A stretch of 23,569 nt of DNA from Chiloscyllium plagiosum. Its lineage: Eukaryota. Location of the stretch: positions 79,518,866 through 79,542,434 of the forward strand of contig NC_057711.1 of assembly GCF_004010195.1 (NCBI RefSeq), in the 5' to 3' direction. A program made the position numbers and the translations under genes. The notes beneath the pieces were generated by a model, which saw only the letters and a list, made by a program, of their open reading frames with translations, ran no database searches and was not told the DNA's origin. How positions within the stretch are numbered: position 1 is the first letter of the stretch; every line of letters begins with the position of its first letter. Positions 1-12,024 of this stretch are shown piece by piece.

Positions 1-387
1 CAGGGTCTGAGAACTAAATATGGATGACGAGGTATTTGAAATAAGATTTAATTCTGCAATCTGGCTTTTAACTGTCAATGTATATGCTTCCTGAGCTGTC
101 TGTAACCTATCAGGGTCAGCAAAATACAAGCACCATGGAAATGGACAATGCTGTGAATTTGAAGAGCTTTAAAAGCCTTTAAATACTGACCAGGACTGTT
201 GCTTTCTTGCCAAAGTGAAAAGCTTTACTCTGAAGACTTCTTCTGACAGTGTGTCTTCACTGTTACAGATGTGCTCGCTAACATTTACTTTGATCTGCAT
301 TTTCAGCTGTTGTTGCAGTGTAGGAGCAGTTCAACCTTGTATCTCTGATGGGGTATATGAGGAGCAGCACCAGCAACAGCAACAAGA

Positions 388-462
388 ATGTTAGCTGCAG
401 TAACTTTCTCCTTTTCATATGCCGCTCCACAGGATAGAGGGGGTGAACACAGCTTTTTCAAC
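388..462 (+). other. Candidate host-gene coding exon (ATG to phase-0 donor), peptide MLAAVTFSFSYAAPQDRGGEHSFFN; gene not recognised
   Basis: ATG at 388 with A at -3, then 25 open codons ending at AAC|GTAAGA (donor 463-468). Possible acceptors at 305-306 (tgcattttcag) and 431-432 (tttctccttttcatatgccgctccacag). The surrounding sequence does not look repetitive. No homology recognised. Confidence 0.3.
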
Positions 463-749
463 GTAAGATATACAGAGAACATTTACACAACTGAGTAACT
501 GTTCCCTTAACCAAGCTGTTTCAGTACAGCCACAACACGGGCATCTACTGACAATGTGAAAAATTATTCAGTTATGTTCTGTTCACAAATGGACAAATCC
601 AATTGGGCCAAATGCTGTCCTTTCAGTCAACTCTCAATCGTTAGCAAAGTGATGGAAATGGTCATCAACAGTGTTATCAAGTGTCATTTGCTCAGCAATA
701 ATCTGCTCACCAATCTTCAGTTTGGGTTCTGCCAGGGTCAGTCAGCTCT

Positions 750-850
750 GGCAACAAAAACTGAAATTGCTGGAAAAGCTCAGCAGGTCTGGCAGCATCT
801 GTGAAGTGAAGTCAGAGTTAATGTTTCAGGTCCAGTGACCCTTCCTCAGG
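750..850 (-). mobile_element. Short Penelope-like (PLE) terminal-repeat element, older subfamily, with decayed hammerhead-like core
   Basis: Interrupts the CR1. The minus strand reads CTGAGGA-A-GGGTC-ACTG-GACCT-GAAA-CATTAACTC, followed by the ...cagatgctgccagacctgctgagcttttccagc body shared with 21263-21495 and 7500-7632. Confidence 0.65.
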
Positions 851-1734
851 ACTTGGCTGTAGTCTTCAATACAATCTTAGTCTAAATGTGGAAAAAGAGT
901 TGAATTCCAAAGGTGAGGTAAGTAAGACAGTCCTTGACATTAAAGTGGAATTCGACTAACTGCAGCATCAAACTTAGCAAAACTGGAATCAATGGGAATC
1001 CAAAGGAAAGCTCTCCATTGAAGCACGATGGAAGATGGTTGTGATTGAGGGTCAATTATCACAGTCCCCAGATAATTTTAGAGGAGTTCCTTAGAGTCAT
1101 GTCTTATAACCAGCCAACTTCAGCTGCTTCATCAATGCCCTTCTCTGCAAAGAGAACAGTCATTTCCCAAGTGAAGTGAGGATGGTTGCTGATGATTGCT
1201 CATTGTTTGGCACCAATTGCAACTCCTCAGTCCATACCCCACACATAGCAAGACTTGAACAGCATTTAGTCTTAGGCTTATGATTGGCAAATAATATTTG
1301 TGCTACCTAAGTGCCAGCTGTTGACTATCTTCAACACGTAGAAATCTCACCATCTCTCCTTTATCTTTAATGGCATTGCCATTGCTGAATCCTCACCATC
1401 AATATTCTTTTGTGTTATCGTTGAAACGGAACTGGACTAGTTCAGATATAAATATCATACCTTAAAAAAAAACCAAGCTAGAAACTGGGGAGTTTACAAC
1501 AGTTCCTGCCTCCTGAAGGCCTATTCAGAATCTACAAAAGACAAGTCAGCAACGTGCTGAAATACTTTCCATTTGTTTGGATGTGTGCAGCTCCAATAAC
1601 ACTCTAGAAGTTGGGCTTCATCCAAGACTAAAAAGCCCATTTGATCGCCATTCCATTCACCACCTTAAACTTGGAATCGCTTATAGACAAGATTTCCATC
1701 AAATGGACTGTCCAGTGACCATACATTATTGGGG

Positions 1735-2035
1735 AGACAGTGGCATGCTGGTTATCTCACTGGACGTGTCATCCAGAAGCCTAGACTTGATGCTCTGGGG
1801 ATTTCCTACCAGCTGGTGGCAGCTGGTGGAATTTAAATTCAGTTAGGAAATGTAGAATTGAAAGCTAGTCTCAATTATGGTCATTGTGAAAATATCATAA
1901 ATTTTGGTAAAAAGAAACTGTGAAGGACATCTGCTATCCTCTGTAATGGTCTGTCAAATCACTCCGTTCAATAGCAACTTGTATGGACAATAAGTAACAC
2001 ACAATGGCACTCACAATCCATAAGGAATAAAGAAC
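1735..2035 (+). mobile_element. Decayed tRNA-derived SINE nested in the CR1
   Basis: A-box-like head (cagtggcatgctggttatctcactggac) and an internal gcagctggtggaatttaaattcag block. The 3' end weakly resembles the host LINE tail at 2270-2340. B box not discernible. Confidence 0.45.
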
Positions 2036-4245
2036 AAGCAACAGTGTGAACCGTCTACAATATGCATTTTAGTAATTAGCCAAGACTCCTTCAGCACCTT
2101 CCAAACCTACAACCTCTACTCTGCTGCCTTTGTTCTTCCAGGTTGTAATGTAAATAACATCACCTGCAAGTTGTCTCCAAGTCACATAACATCTTGATTT
2201 GTTCACTGATTGGATCAAAGACCTGAAATTCCCTCACTAACAGCACTACAGCTCATTACCACCTACTGAGAGCAGTTAAGGAAGCCCAACAGTTATTGGC
2301 CTAACCAGTGACATTTGCATCCCAAGGACGAATGAAAGGACTGACTGTCTTAGTGATTATCAATAATGTCTGTTCCTTCCCAGAGTAAATATTTCAGCCA
2401 ATGGGTCAGTGAGCGTATTGTGTTAGTGGTGGTCAAGATTACCACAACTCTGGATGTCTTTGACTATGTTACCTTCTGCTGAATTTCACAAATGCTGCAC
2501 AGATGTGTATCTTTTAGGTAAACATGGTCACGTTTGCCAGGGCTTCTATTTACTACTGACGAAGACTGTCAAACAGGATAGCTGTGAGAACTGTTGATAA
2601 TTGGCTGATGATACCGGTGAGGAAACCCACAAGTAATGAACAAGAAAGATGAAACTTAAGCCACATGAACATAAGAGATCACTGAGCAAGCCACTGGTTG
2701 CTAAAGGTGTGATTCTGGTTATATGTACAGATTTCAGTTTGTACTGGCTTCAGTGTTCAGAATGGGAGCAGTTACCTATACTTGGCACATCATGATACTA
2801 CAGGGAGGACTGGGACTTTGGGTGGAGAAAGGTCAGCAGTCTGTCCTGAGAGAGGAGGAAGCTGATGTGGCCCTGCAGCATCGTACCAGCTGAAACTCCC
2901 TACTGGTAGGCACACACTCCATGGAGGTGCATTTAAGTGCAAAGGCATAAGACATGGTACGGATGCTAGAGAGGGCTCCTCCATTGTCTCTCACGTTACC
3001 TCTAGAAATCTTAAAAGAATCTCATACAAGTTCAACTGCTACTCCAGAATTGTTCTATTCGTGGATGACCCTCAAGACTCAATATCTATGTCTAACTGAT
3101 AAGAGCTGGGAATATCTTGTACCTTCTGCCCAGGAGTCAATGGCTGTTGCTAACACCTTCTTTAACACTTGTATGTAATTCTAAATGTGATAATATAATT
3201 GCCTACCTTGGAGATATCTGCAAGATGTAATTGCTTGGGAAACCACAGCTTGTGGTAGTGATGGGATCTCAGGTTTCAGTCACCAATGAAGATCCAGTAA
3301 GTTCCTCAAGTCAATTTTTAGGAAAGTCTGCCTATAGCACGTGTCAGTCAGGCCATTGGCAAGTGTTTGTCTGGGATCAGAACTCCAAAATGGTGTGGGG
3401 GAGGTGGAAGTCCCCACTGAGAATTGCCAGAAAATCAGAGGCCATCTGGGCTCAGAGCAGAGATGGATGATGATGGGAGGAACTTGTGGAGTTGGGGTTG
3501 AAAGTAGGGGTGATGTAGAGGAGCTGGTAGAATGAGGGACTGATGCCAGGCATCAATAAGCAAACATGCCAGGATTGTTTTCTTATTCACACTGAATGTT
3601 GAGTCCTATCTGCCACCAGATTAATACCAGTAACAGTCAGAAGTGGCTCTTAAGTGGGTACTAATTGCCAAATAAAAAGACTGAATTCATAGTGCAGAGG
3701 CAAGGCTAAATGCCCTTCCACTATTGGCTGAATCACAGAGACATTAAGTCATACAGACCCTTCAATCCAACTCATTCATGTCAAGCAGGTTTCCCAAACT
3801 AAACTAGTCCCACTTATCTGTGTTTGATCTATATCCCGCTAAACCTTTCCTATTCCTGTATCTCCCCAAATGTCTTTCAAATGTTGCAACTGTACCTGCA
3901 TCTGCCATTTCCTTTGGAAGTTCATTCCACATACGAGCCACCATCTGTGTGAAGAAGTTGCCCCTCTGGTCCCTTTTTAGACCTTTCTCCTCACCCTCTA
4001 GTTTTGAGCTCCGCTACCCTCGGGAAAAGACCCTTGCTATTCACTTTATCTATGCCCCTAATGATTTTGTAAACCTCTTCAAGGTCACCCGTCAACCTGG
4101 ATTGGTCCAGTGACAAAAGTCCCAACCTATCCAGCCTCTTCTTAGAACTCAAACCCTTCATTCCTGGCAACATCATTGTAAATCTTTTTTGAACCCTCCC
4201 CAATTTAATAATTATCCTTCCTAAACTAGGGAAACCAGAACTGTA

Positions 4246-4371
4246 GGAGAAAGTGAGGACTGCAGATGCTGGAGATCAGAGCTTAAAAATGTGTTGCTGG
4301 AAAAGCGCAGCAGGTTAGGCAGCATCCAAGGAGAAGGAGAATCGACGTTTCGGGCATAAGCCCTTCTTCAG
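4246..4371 (-). mobile_element. Short PLE-like hammerhead-bearing element (monomer) nested in CR1
   Basis: Perfect 13-bp TSD aaccagaactgta (4233-4245 / 4372-4384). Body nearly identical to the copies at 11050, 12025, 17281 and 22493. Confidence 0.9.
4344..4371 (-). ncRNA. Minimal type I hammerhead-ribozyme-like core
   Basis: Minus strand CUGAAGA-A-GGGC-UUAU-GCCC-GAAA-C-GUC: both conserved boxes, 4-bp stem II, GUC triplet. Stem III is reduced to the palindrome ACGU, and the stem I 5' strand is lost by truncation. Confidence 0.6.
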
Positions 4372-4782
4372 AACCAGAACTGTACACAATACTCCAAATG
4401 TGGCCTCACCAACACCCTGTACAACCTCAAGATAACATCCCAACTTCTGTACTCAATGGTCTGAGCAATGAATCAGGTTGGAGGCAGAATGTAGGTTTGC
4501 CCCCACTTCCTGTGAGTAATCTTCAGATGGGGAAAAGGGTGTAAGAATTTGTCAGTATTTAGGATGCTAATGCATGGCTGGGCCAAGAAGCCATGGCAAA
4601 GTTAATCAGTAAAATTTGGGGATTTCAGCTTTCGAAAGGCCTCAACCAGAGCCACTCAGGGCTTGATTGAGGGGCTCAGCATTATGTTGTGCACACAGCG
4701 TCAGTTGCCTGCCCTTGCTGCCGACTCATGTACTCCCTCCAAATCTGTCACAATCACTTACTTCTGGTTTGGCTCCTGGGCT

Positions 4783-5298
4783 TCAGATAAAAGATGTTGT
4801 GAAACTTGAAAGGGTTCAGAAAAGATTTACAAGAATGTTGCCAGGGTTGGAGGATTTGAGCTACAGGGAGAGGCTGAACAGGCTGGGGCTGTTTTCCTTG
4901 GAGCGTCGGAGGCTGAGGGGTGACCTTATAGTGGTTTACAAAATCATGAGGGGCATGGATAGGATAAATAGACAAAGTATTTTCCCTGGGATTAGGGAGT
5001 CCAGAACTAGAGGGCATAGGTTTAGGGTGAGAGGGGAAAGATATAAAAGAGACCTAAGGGGCAACTTTTTCATGCAGAGGGTGGTACGTGTATGGAATGA
5101 GCTGCGAGAGGATGTGGTGGAGGCTGGTAGAATTGCAACATTGAAGAGGCATTTGGATGGGTATATGAATAGGAAGGGTTTGGAGGGATATGGGCCGGGT
5201 GCTGGCAGGTGGGACTAGATGGGGTTGGGATACCTGGTTGGCATGGACAGGTTGGACCGAAGGTTCTGTTTCCATGCTGTACATCTCTATGACTCTAT
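4783..5298 (+). mobile_element. 5'-truncated CR1 (HER1-like) LINE 3' end
   Basis: KDVVKLERVQKRFTRMLPGLEDLSYRERLNRLGLFSLERRRLRGDLI...RGNFFMQRVVRVWNEL; ends in ctctatgactctat tail. Confidence 0.93.
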
Positions 5299-5577
5299 AA
5301 TCGATATTCTGGCAGCTTCCCTGATGGTGCTGCTGTTCTTACAAGTAGTCTTCAATTGGCAAGTCTTGTATGGTCTTACACTCCCAGGGTCCAGTACTCA
5401 GAAGAAGGCATGCTGGATCCCATTGGGTTCTGAGTGGGTCTTAGGTAAGGGTCTATGTCCCACAAAAACGTCTAAATGGCGTTCACTGTCTTCAACACTG
5501 TCTACACCAGAACTCAAGAAATTAGTTCCTCCCATATTTATCACATGTCTATAAATATTTATTTTTACAATATTTAA

Positions 5578-5933
5578 TCATAGAATCCCTACAGTGTGAA
5601 AAGACGCCATTCAGTCTATTGAATCTGCACCGACACTCTCAAGAGCATCCTACCAAAATCCCTACCTATCCTTGTAACTCTGCATTACCTAGACTATTCA
5701 CCTAGACTACACATTCCTGATCACTATGGACAATTTAGCATGGCCAGCCCACCTAACCTGCACACCTTTGGTCTGTGGGAGGAAACTTGAGCAACTTGTG
5801 GAAACCGGAGCAACTTGTGGAAACCCACACAGAGATGGGGAAAATGTGCAAACTCTGCACCCAAAGCTGGAATTGAACCCAAAAACATGTCACTGTGAGG
5901 CAGCAGTGCTAAACATTGAACCATTGTGGCGCC
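5578..5933 (-). mobile_element. tRNA-derived V-SINE, HE1-like
   Basis: Minus-strand head ggcgccacaatggttcaatgtttagcactgctgcctcacag (A box) and gggttcaattcc (B box, about 5869-5880). V-domain-like centre (tgtgtgggtttcc...gtgcaggttaggtgg...ggccatgctaaattg). CR1-like 3' tail ending ...gggattctatga. Confidence 0.85.
5789..5825. repeat. Local tandem duplication (19-bp period) inside the SINE
   Basis: gagcaacttgtggaaacc at 5789-5806 and again at 5808-5825. Confidence 0.9.
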
Positions 5934-7257
5934 TTTGTGAGAGGTAAATTTAATAGTGGTAGCATTATAATTTGAATGAGTGAGTTATTCAAAATTGATT
6001 ACAGGCTGCTTTTCAACATGGAACGGCAGACAGATTTTCTTTCCGGATTTACATCTGCTAAGCTGGACTCCACTGACTGATCCCACAGTAATTTTTCCTT
6101 TTTATTTTCAATTTGTCTCGTGGTTATACTTAGAAAATCAATGAATTGCTTCCTTACCTATTTTCTAGTATAAGATGTATTTACTTTGTATTTAACCCCC
6201 TCCCCCCCCGCCCAACCCCTACTAATCAAATCTGAGAAGTATTGCCACAAATTGATTATTGTAGCATCTCTATCAACAGGATCTTGTTCTAAGCTCCCCA
6301 GTGATCAGACTTTGGCTATTTGATTAGTTGTGTGTATTGATTAGGTGACTGCATGGGAAGGCTATTATAATCTGTAAATGCACAATGAACTCTAGGTAAT
6401 ACATAATGATCTACGGATTAAGTGATGGTCACAGGCTTTCCCTAAGTTGCCCACTGAGTTAAATGGGACCCACATTAATTGCTTGTTGAGCACAGGATAG
6501 GCAGCTTTTTCCTCTTTAATCAAGGATCCCAATTATAGATCTCTAAAAGGGGAAGAAGAACACCTTATTGCACCTTCAGAATGTTTCAAATGCAATAATA
6601 AGCTACAAACACTTAGATGTTTGCAGGAAACATTTTGCATATGGGAAAATCTCACAAACAGCAGTGAAATTAATAACCAATTAAGTTATTCTCTTTAGAT
6701 GTAAAAACCTCAAGTTGTTTGATGCTTACCTAGATTTAGAGGTCAGAGTTTAATGGTATGCCCATCTACTTGCTGGAGAGCTGGTGGACATCCCAAGTGC
6801 ACTAATTTCTGAGAGTTCTATTATATTAACTTATTGTGTAAGGTAGCAGTGCCCTGCCTCATAGAACTGCTGGTCAATCAGAGGCTACAGCTCTTTAATG
6901 TTGACAGCACCACCTAGAGTGGTGACCATAGCTTGTACTGCAAGAGACCTGAGGATGTACATCACCATTGGATTCCCAGGACAAAGTTTTGTGTGGCAGG
7001 ATTTCCAGGGACAATAAGGCAGACCCAGCAAGTAGAGGTTGGGATGTGTGCTGGTGAGCAGATAATTGTAAAAGGCATGGGCTGTCTTTCCCTGCATCTT
7101 CCATTGAACAAAGGGTGCACAGAAATTACACCCCTACCCTCCCCAAAATACCAAATGGCTGCAGGTCTTCTTGGCTGTTAGCCCACACGGTATGCCCTGA
7201 GCCATGTATTGCTGGTTAAATACTCTCAGTGGCATGAAGAAGGATGAAGTGGCCAGT

Positions 7258-7806
7258 ACAGTCATAGCTCAATTGGTAGCTCAATTACCTCTGATCACAA
7301 GGTTATGGGTTCAACCACTAGCTACTTCGGGTTTGAATAGGAAAATACAGATTGATACTGCAGTGCAATCCTGAATGAGTTCTGTGCTGATGGAGGTGCC
7401 ATCTTTTAGATGAGACATTAAAGAGGGGGCCTTTCTGTTTACATGGCAGACCTGTGATGTAACAGATGCTATGGCATTATCTCAGAGAAAACCCAGTGAA
7501 ATGAAGAGGAGTCAAGTTCAACTCTAAACAAGTTTTGTTTCTCTTTCCACAGATGCTGCTAGATGTGCTGAGCATTTCTAGCACTTGCTGTTTTTAGTAT
7601 AGGTCTCCAGCATTCATGGTATTTTGCTTTTAGTTTTGAATTCTCTCTAATATACTTATTAATCTTATCCCTCAATTACAGAATGTTTGGTGATGATCAC
7701 ATTGCTGTTTATGGGTGTTACTATGCACACATTGGTTGCTGCGTTTCCTAGAGAACAATGGTGACTATGTTTTAAGATGTGCTTCATTAGCTGTAAGAGC
7801 TTTGAG
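7258..7806 (+). mobile_element. Deu-domain SINE (SacSINE1-like), interrupted by a PLE-like insert
   Basis: tRNA-like head (tagctcaattggtagc...gggttcaa). Deu core ggaggtgccatcttttagatgagacattaaa (about 7392-7422). 3' part atcacattgctgtttatggg...gtgactat...cttcattagctgtaagagctttg with L2-like tail. Confidence 0.75.
7500..7632 (+). mobile_element. Decayed PLE-like terminal-repeat element, older subfamily
   Basis: tgaagaggagtc-aagtt-caactc-taaac (decayed core) followed by ctctttccacagatgctgctagatgtgctgagcatttctagca...tccagcatt, similar to 21405-21478. Confidence 0.6.
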
Positions 7807-8317
7807 CCTTTTTCATTAAGTAGCCACTTAATAGCCTCAGTTGGTCTCAAAATATGAAGGCCATCCTCGACTTTTCCTGACTGCACTTAATTGAGCAAAT
7901 CGAGAGGAATGAGTAGGTCTCCATCCCTCACTCTCATCTGCACACATTCTCCTTCATCTCCCAGTTCACCTGTGGATTCATTGTAGGGGATTTCACCCAA
8001 TGTCTTATTTGAAAGATAATCTATAAAACTGACAAAACCCATGGTTTTCAAATGCTGGCCTGAATACCTTATTAGCTGAGCAAAGATAATGCTCAAACCA
8101 GTTAATACAAGATATGGAGCTGAATTTTATATTTTTTTGCCTAAAGTTTGAGTTGTATTGGATTTTGTTTTTGGACAGCTTGTCACCACAAAGTGTAGTG
8201 AGTTCTCTTGCTGTACCTTACCAACTCATTTCATTAAGTGCTGTTCCTGTGCCTTTTGACATCTCATCTATCAGATAATGGCCCCACCTTGCCACACAGC
8301 ATTCCCAGACAGCTCAC

Positions 8318-8518
8318 TGAAATAATTCCACAGAAGCCGGTATCCCATCACCAAGTCATCCTTTAATTTACACATGGAGAGTCCTTGACACTGATCCAGC
8401 TCTGAGTAAACAGGATGTCTGACACTTCTGTTCTTCTCTGTCAGTTCAGACTCCCTGATTGGACAAGGTTAACAGCCCCAAACAGGGAACTCCTATTCCT
8501 GAGGTCTACCTGGCTACA
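8318..8518 (-). mobile_element. Solo LTR (201 bp)
   Basis: Begins TG (8318), ends CA (8518), flanked by 5-bp direct repeat ctcac (8313-8317 / 8519-8523). Minus strand has a CCAAT box (ccaatcaggg) and a downstream ATTAAA. Confidence 0.65.
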
Positions 8519-8651
8519 CTCACCATTGAGTGGATATCTCAGAATTCACCAGCATCCCAACATCCCTGCCAGCTTTAAAAGCTGGCCGAGCACCCAGACA
8601 AGTACTGAAGTCTGGAGCTGCCCTGCCTGGTACCTAACATTTACTCTAGAC

Positions 8652-8886
8652 ATGGAAGACAGGAAGAAATTGACACTCTGCTGTCTGGCCAGAGATCTGA
8701 AGGTCCTCCTGGCCGGGATGCTGCTCAGGTAGGACATTCTGTTCTCCCAGGGCCAAGAATGGAGGCCACAACCCTGCTATGTCAGCCAAGTCTGAGGTTT
8801 CCGCATGAGTAAAAACACTCTCAACTGTCTGGAGGAATGGCCAGCACTGTGGGATGAAGGCCATTGATATCTTCAACTTTGCCACC
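8652..8886 (+). pseudogene. Harbinger-type Myb/SANT-like DNA-binding protein, decayed exon 1
   Basis: MEDRKKLTLCCLARDLKVLLAGMLLR*DILFSQ..., then after a frameshift SEVSA*VKTLSTVWRNGQHCGMKAIDIFNFAT. This resembles the 'LxxLL...R.xLF...W.EVA..V......R...QC.KK..DL' trihelix pattern. Ends at a decayed donor (ataggt). Confidence 0.55.
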
Positions 8887-11049
8887 ATAGGTCTTCTCTC
8901 TGATAACTCTCACTCACTTTGTCTTTTTATTTTGTAAATATATTTATTAGCAATTTTTTTTAACTTTACTAACATATAAAATTATTGAAAAATACAAGCA
9001 ATAACCAATATCAGTATAATAAAAAGAAAAAAAACACAAGTTACAATACAACTACTGTCTACTAACTACTAACCTACCCTATAATATAAAACAAACCCCT
9101 AACACTGCAAAGCAACACCAAAAAAAATCAAAAAAACCCCAAAAAAAGACACAAAATACAGAACAGCTATGCTCGGTGCAAAGCTCCCAAACAAAGGAAC
9201 GCGAGCATTGTGTATATATACCCGTATTAACTCAGAAGACCCTTTCGAGGGCCCAGGGCTTGACAAACCTAACCATCCTGGTTAAACAGACGCTTTGGTA
9301 AAGATAATTGACAAATCTATATCCAAATAACTCAAATAGGGCTGCCATGTCTTATAAAAATGGTCTGTTGTGTGATGCACCATGTTTGTAAAAAAGGTCG
9401 AAGGGAATGTGCTCCATAATTAATTTCTGCCATCCCAGCAAGCCCAGCGGGTTCTCAGACACCCAATTCATCAGAATATTCTTCCGTGCACAGTATGCAA
9501 GAATGTTAAACAGTTTCTTCCCATGCCCATCTAAAGATGGTAAATTCGGTAGACCTAAGAGGAGAGATATTGGGTCTACTTTGACTTTAGTCCTCAATAC
9601 CCTCCCTATCTCTCCCACCACAGCACTCCAATAAACACGGGGTCTGTGGCATGTCCAGAAGCAATGGGTAAGAGTACCTACACTTATTTTACATTTGGGG
9701 CACACTGAACGGTTAATATCTTGCCAGGCCCTATCACCCAGCACTAACTGAAAGGATGCTTGTGGAACGTCGCAACAACCTCTCTGTATCGGGCTGATAG
9801 GGCTTATTGAGAAGCGTAGTCTTTTTCTGGATGAAATCCCTAACCTGAAAAAAACGCAAAAGATCTCTGCTGGGCAATCTGTATTTGCGGCTCAGTTGCT
9901 CAAAAAGCACCATAACCTCCCCCTCAAACAAGTCTCCCAAACTAGAAACTCCTCTCGCTGCCCATAGTTTGAACCCTGAGTCCATCATCCCTGGTCGGAA
10001 CCCTGGCATGCCAACTATAGGTGTAAGTGGTGAAGTCTTGGATAAACAACCCTCCCTCTGACGCATCGCCTTCCATGCCTTGACTGTACTAAAAACAATG
10101 GGATTCCGGCAATGGTCCATAACTGTCCTCATCTTATCCATGAATAACAGATTAATAAGAGGGCACTTTGCCTGGGAGGCCTCAATATCCAGCCAAATTG
10201 AGTTTGGATCGTTACCTACCCAATCACAGACAAAGGAGAGCAGGAAACTCAATTGATACCTCCTGATGTCTGGGAAATCAACTCCTCCCCCTCCTTGAGG
10301 CAACTACAATTTAGTAAGTTTGATGAGGGGCTGCCCACGATGCCAGACAAAGGAACCAAACCATCCCATAAGCTTCCGCAGCGTTTACCTGGGAAACATT
10401 ATAGGGAGCATACGCATGGGATAAAGCAAATGAGGAAGAACATTCATCTTAATGAGAGATATTCGACCCAGCCATGAAATTGGAAGAGCCTCCCATCTCT
10501 GGAGATCTCGCCTAATATTGTTGAGCGAGTGAGCAAAGTTAGTCTGAAATAACAGATCAAACTTGGGGGTAATAAAAATACCTAGGTATTGGAACCCTGC
10601 CCGTGACCACTTAAAAGGGGACTTAGGGCCACCTTCAACTTCTGGCACATTCTTAAGGTTCCCCAAAGGCATAGCCTCCAATTTTGCAAAGTTAATCTTA
10701 TATCCTGAAATAGCCCCAAATGAATTGATACATTGTATCAAATGGGGTACGGAGGTCAGTGGGTTCAATAAAAATAGAAGGACATCATTCGTATACAATG
10801 TGATCTTGTGTGCCCTCGATCCCACTTCCGGAGCGATTATGTGGACGTTCTGATGAATGGTCTCTGCCATGGCTCTATCACCAATGTAAACAACAATGGT
10901 GAGAGGGGGTAGCCTTGCCGACTACCCCTACTAATCCTAAAATTCCCAGACTTCACCCCATTGGTGATGACCGCGGCCAGAAGGTGGCGATATAAAACCT
11001 CCACCCACCTAGCAAAGACTCCACCCAACCAAAACTGTTCTAAAACATA

Positions 11050-11257
11050 GCTTAAAAATGTGTTGCTGGAAAAGCGCAGCAAGTCATGCAGCATCAAAGG
11101 AGAAGGAGAATCGACGTTTCGGACATAAGCCCTGAAGAATGGCTTATGCCCGAAATGTAGATTCTTCTTCTCCTTTGATGCTGTCTGACCTGCTGTGCTT
11201 TTCCAGCAACACATTTTTAAGCTCTGATCCCCAGCATCTGCAGTCCTCACTTTCTCC
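11050..11257 (+). mobile_element. Palindromic PLE-like hammerhead-bearing element inserted in L1 RT
   Basis: 14-bp TSD tgttctaaaacata (11036-11049 / 11258-11271). Inverted arms around ctgaaga-a-tggc-ttat-gccc-gaaa (11132-11155). 35-nt tail 11223-11257. Confidence 0.9.
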
Positions 11258-12024
11258 TGTTCTAAAACATAAAAAAGATACGGCCATTCCACCCGGTCAA
11301 ATGCTTTCTCTTCATTTAAGGAAATCACCAACCCCTGAATCGATTGATACTGGCAAACTTGGACCATATTCAGCAACCTTCTAATATTATCAGAGGACCT
11401 ACAGCCCCTTATAAAGCCTGTCTGGTCCTCTTTAATAATATGGGACAACACCCTTTCCAATCTCAACGCCAGAATCTTGAAATCTGAATTTAATACAGAG
11501 GTGGGCCTGTATGAGGCGCAATCCTCAGGAACTTTCCCTTTCTTAAGAATTAAGGAAATATTAGCTTCTCTCAAAGATGGTGGTAGGCATTCAAGCATAT
11601 AGGAGTGATTGTACATCTCCAACATCGGCCCTGACAGAATCCCTATAAACTCCTTATAAACCTCACCCGGGAGACCATCCGGGCCAGGCGCTTTCCCACT
11701 CTGAAGTTGCCTAGCTGCCTCACGTATTTCCTGAACTGTCAAGGGATATTAAGGAGAGTGGCCTGTTCCAAAGTTACCCCTGGGAGGTTCAAGTTCTTAA
11801 AAATGCTTTCCATTTTAACCCTCCTGTCCTCACAACCTTCAGACCAATCCAATTCAGAGTAAAAGCTCCGAAAAGCCTTATTAATCTTTTTAGCATCATA
11901 TGTAAGGACCCCGGCGCTGTCCCTGATTGCAGTAATGGATTGGGGAGCACATGTATTCCTAGTCAGGTACGCTAAATATTTCCCTGGCCTATCCCCATAT
12001 TCGAACAGCCTTTGTCTTGCAAAA

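Larger units (their letters stand above)
500..2340 (+). mobile_element. Old, decayed CR1-group LINE (RT region to 3' end), interrupted by two younger inserts
   Basis: ORF 556-804 gives ...QLSIVSKVMEMVINSVIKCHLLSNNLLTNLQFGFCQG, matching the ISLLSxxSKVME...QFGF block of non-LTR RT. A decayed GVPQGS-like segment lies near 1083-1105 and an ADD motif (gttgctgatgattgc) near 1185-1199. A 3'-UTR-like end lies at about 2270-2340. Many stops and frameshifts; boundaries approximate. Confidence 0.7.
3736..4468 (-). mobile_element. 5'-truncated CR1 (HER1-like) LINE 3' fragment
   Basis: ORF 3991-4203(-) RVQKRFTMMLPGMKGLSSKKRLDRLGLLSLDQSRLTGDLEEVYKIIRG...TRG is the CR1 ORF2 C-terminal signature. Possible 7-bp TSD tgaatca (3729-3735 / 4469-4475). 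Confidence 0.9.

Noticed and set aside
4667..5554. 183-aa and 111-aa ORFs as host genes
   Set aside because: These are read-through frames into and out of a CR1 3' fragment.
5865..5933. tRNA gene (also 7258-7320)
   Set aside because: The A/B boxes belong to SINE heads and no cloverleaf can be formed.
6555..6690. Possible minus-strand decayed SINE 3' tail
   Set aside because: Similarity to 7690-7806 is too weak to assert without an alignment.
6933..7181. FCVAGFPG resembling the Harbinger transposase AGFP motif
   Set aside because: The following G.IDCTH catalytic motif is absent, and the match is too short to support a call.
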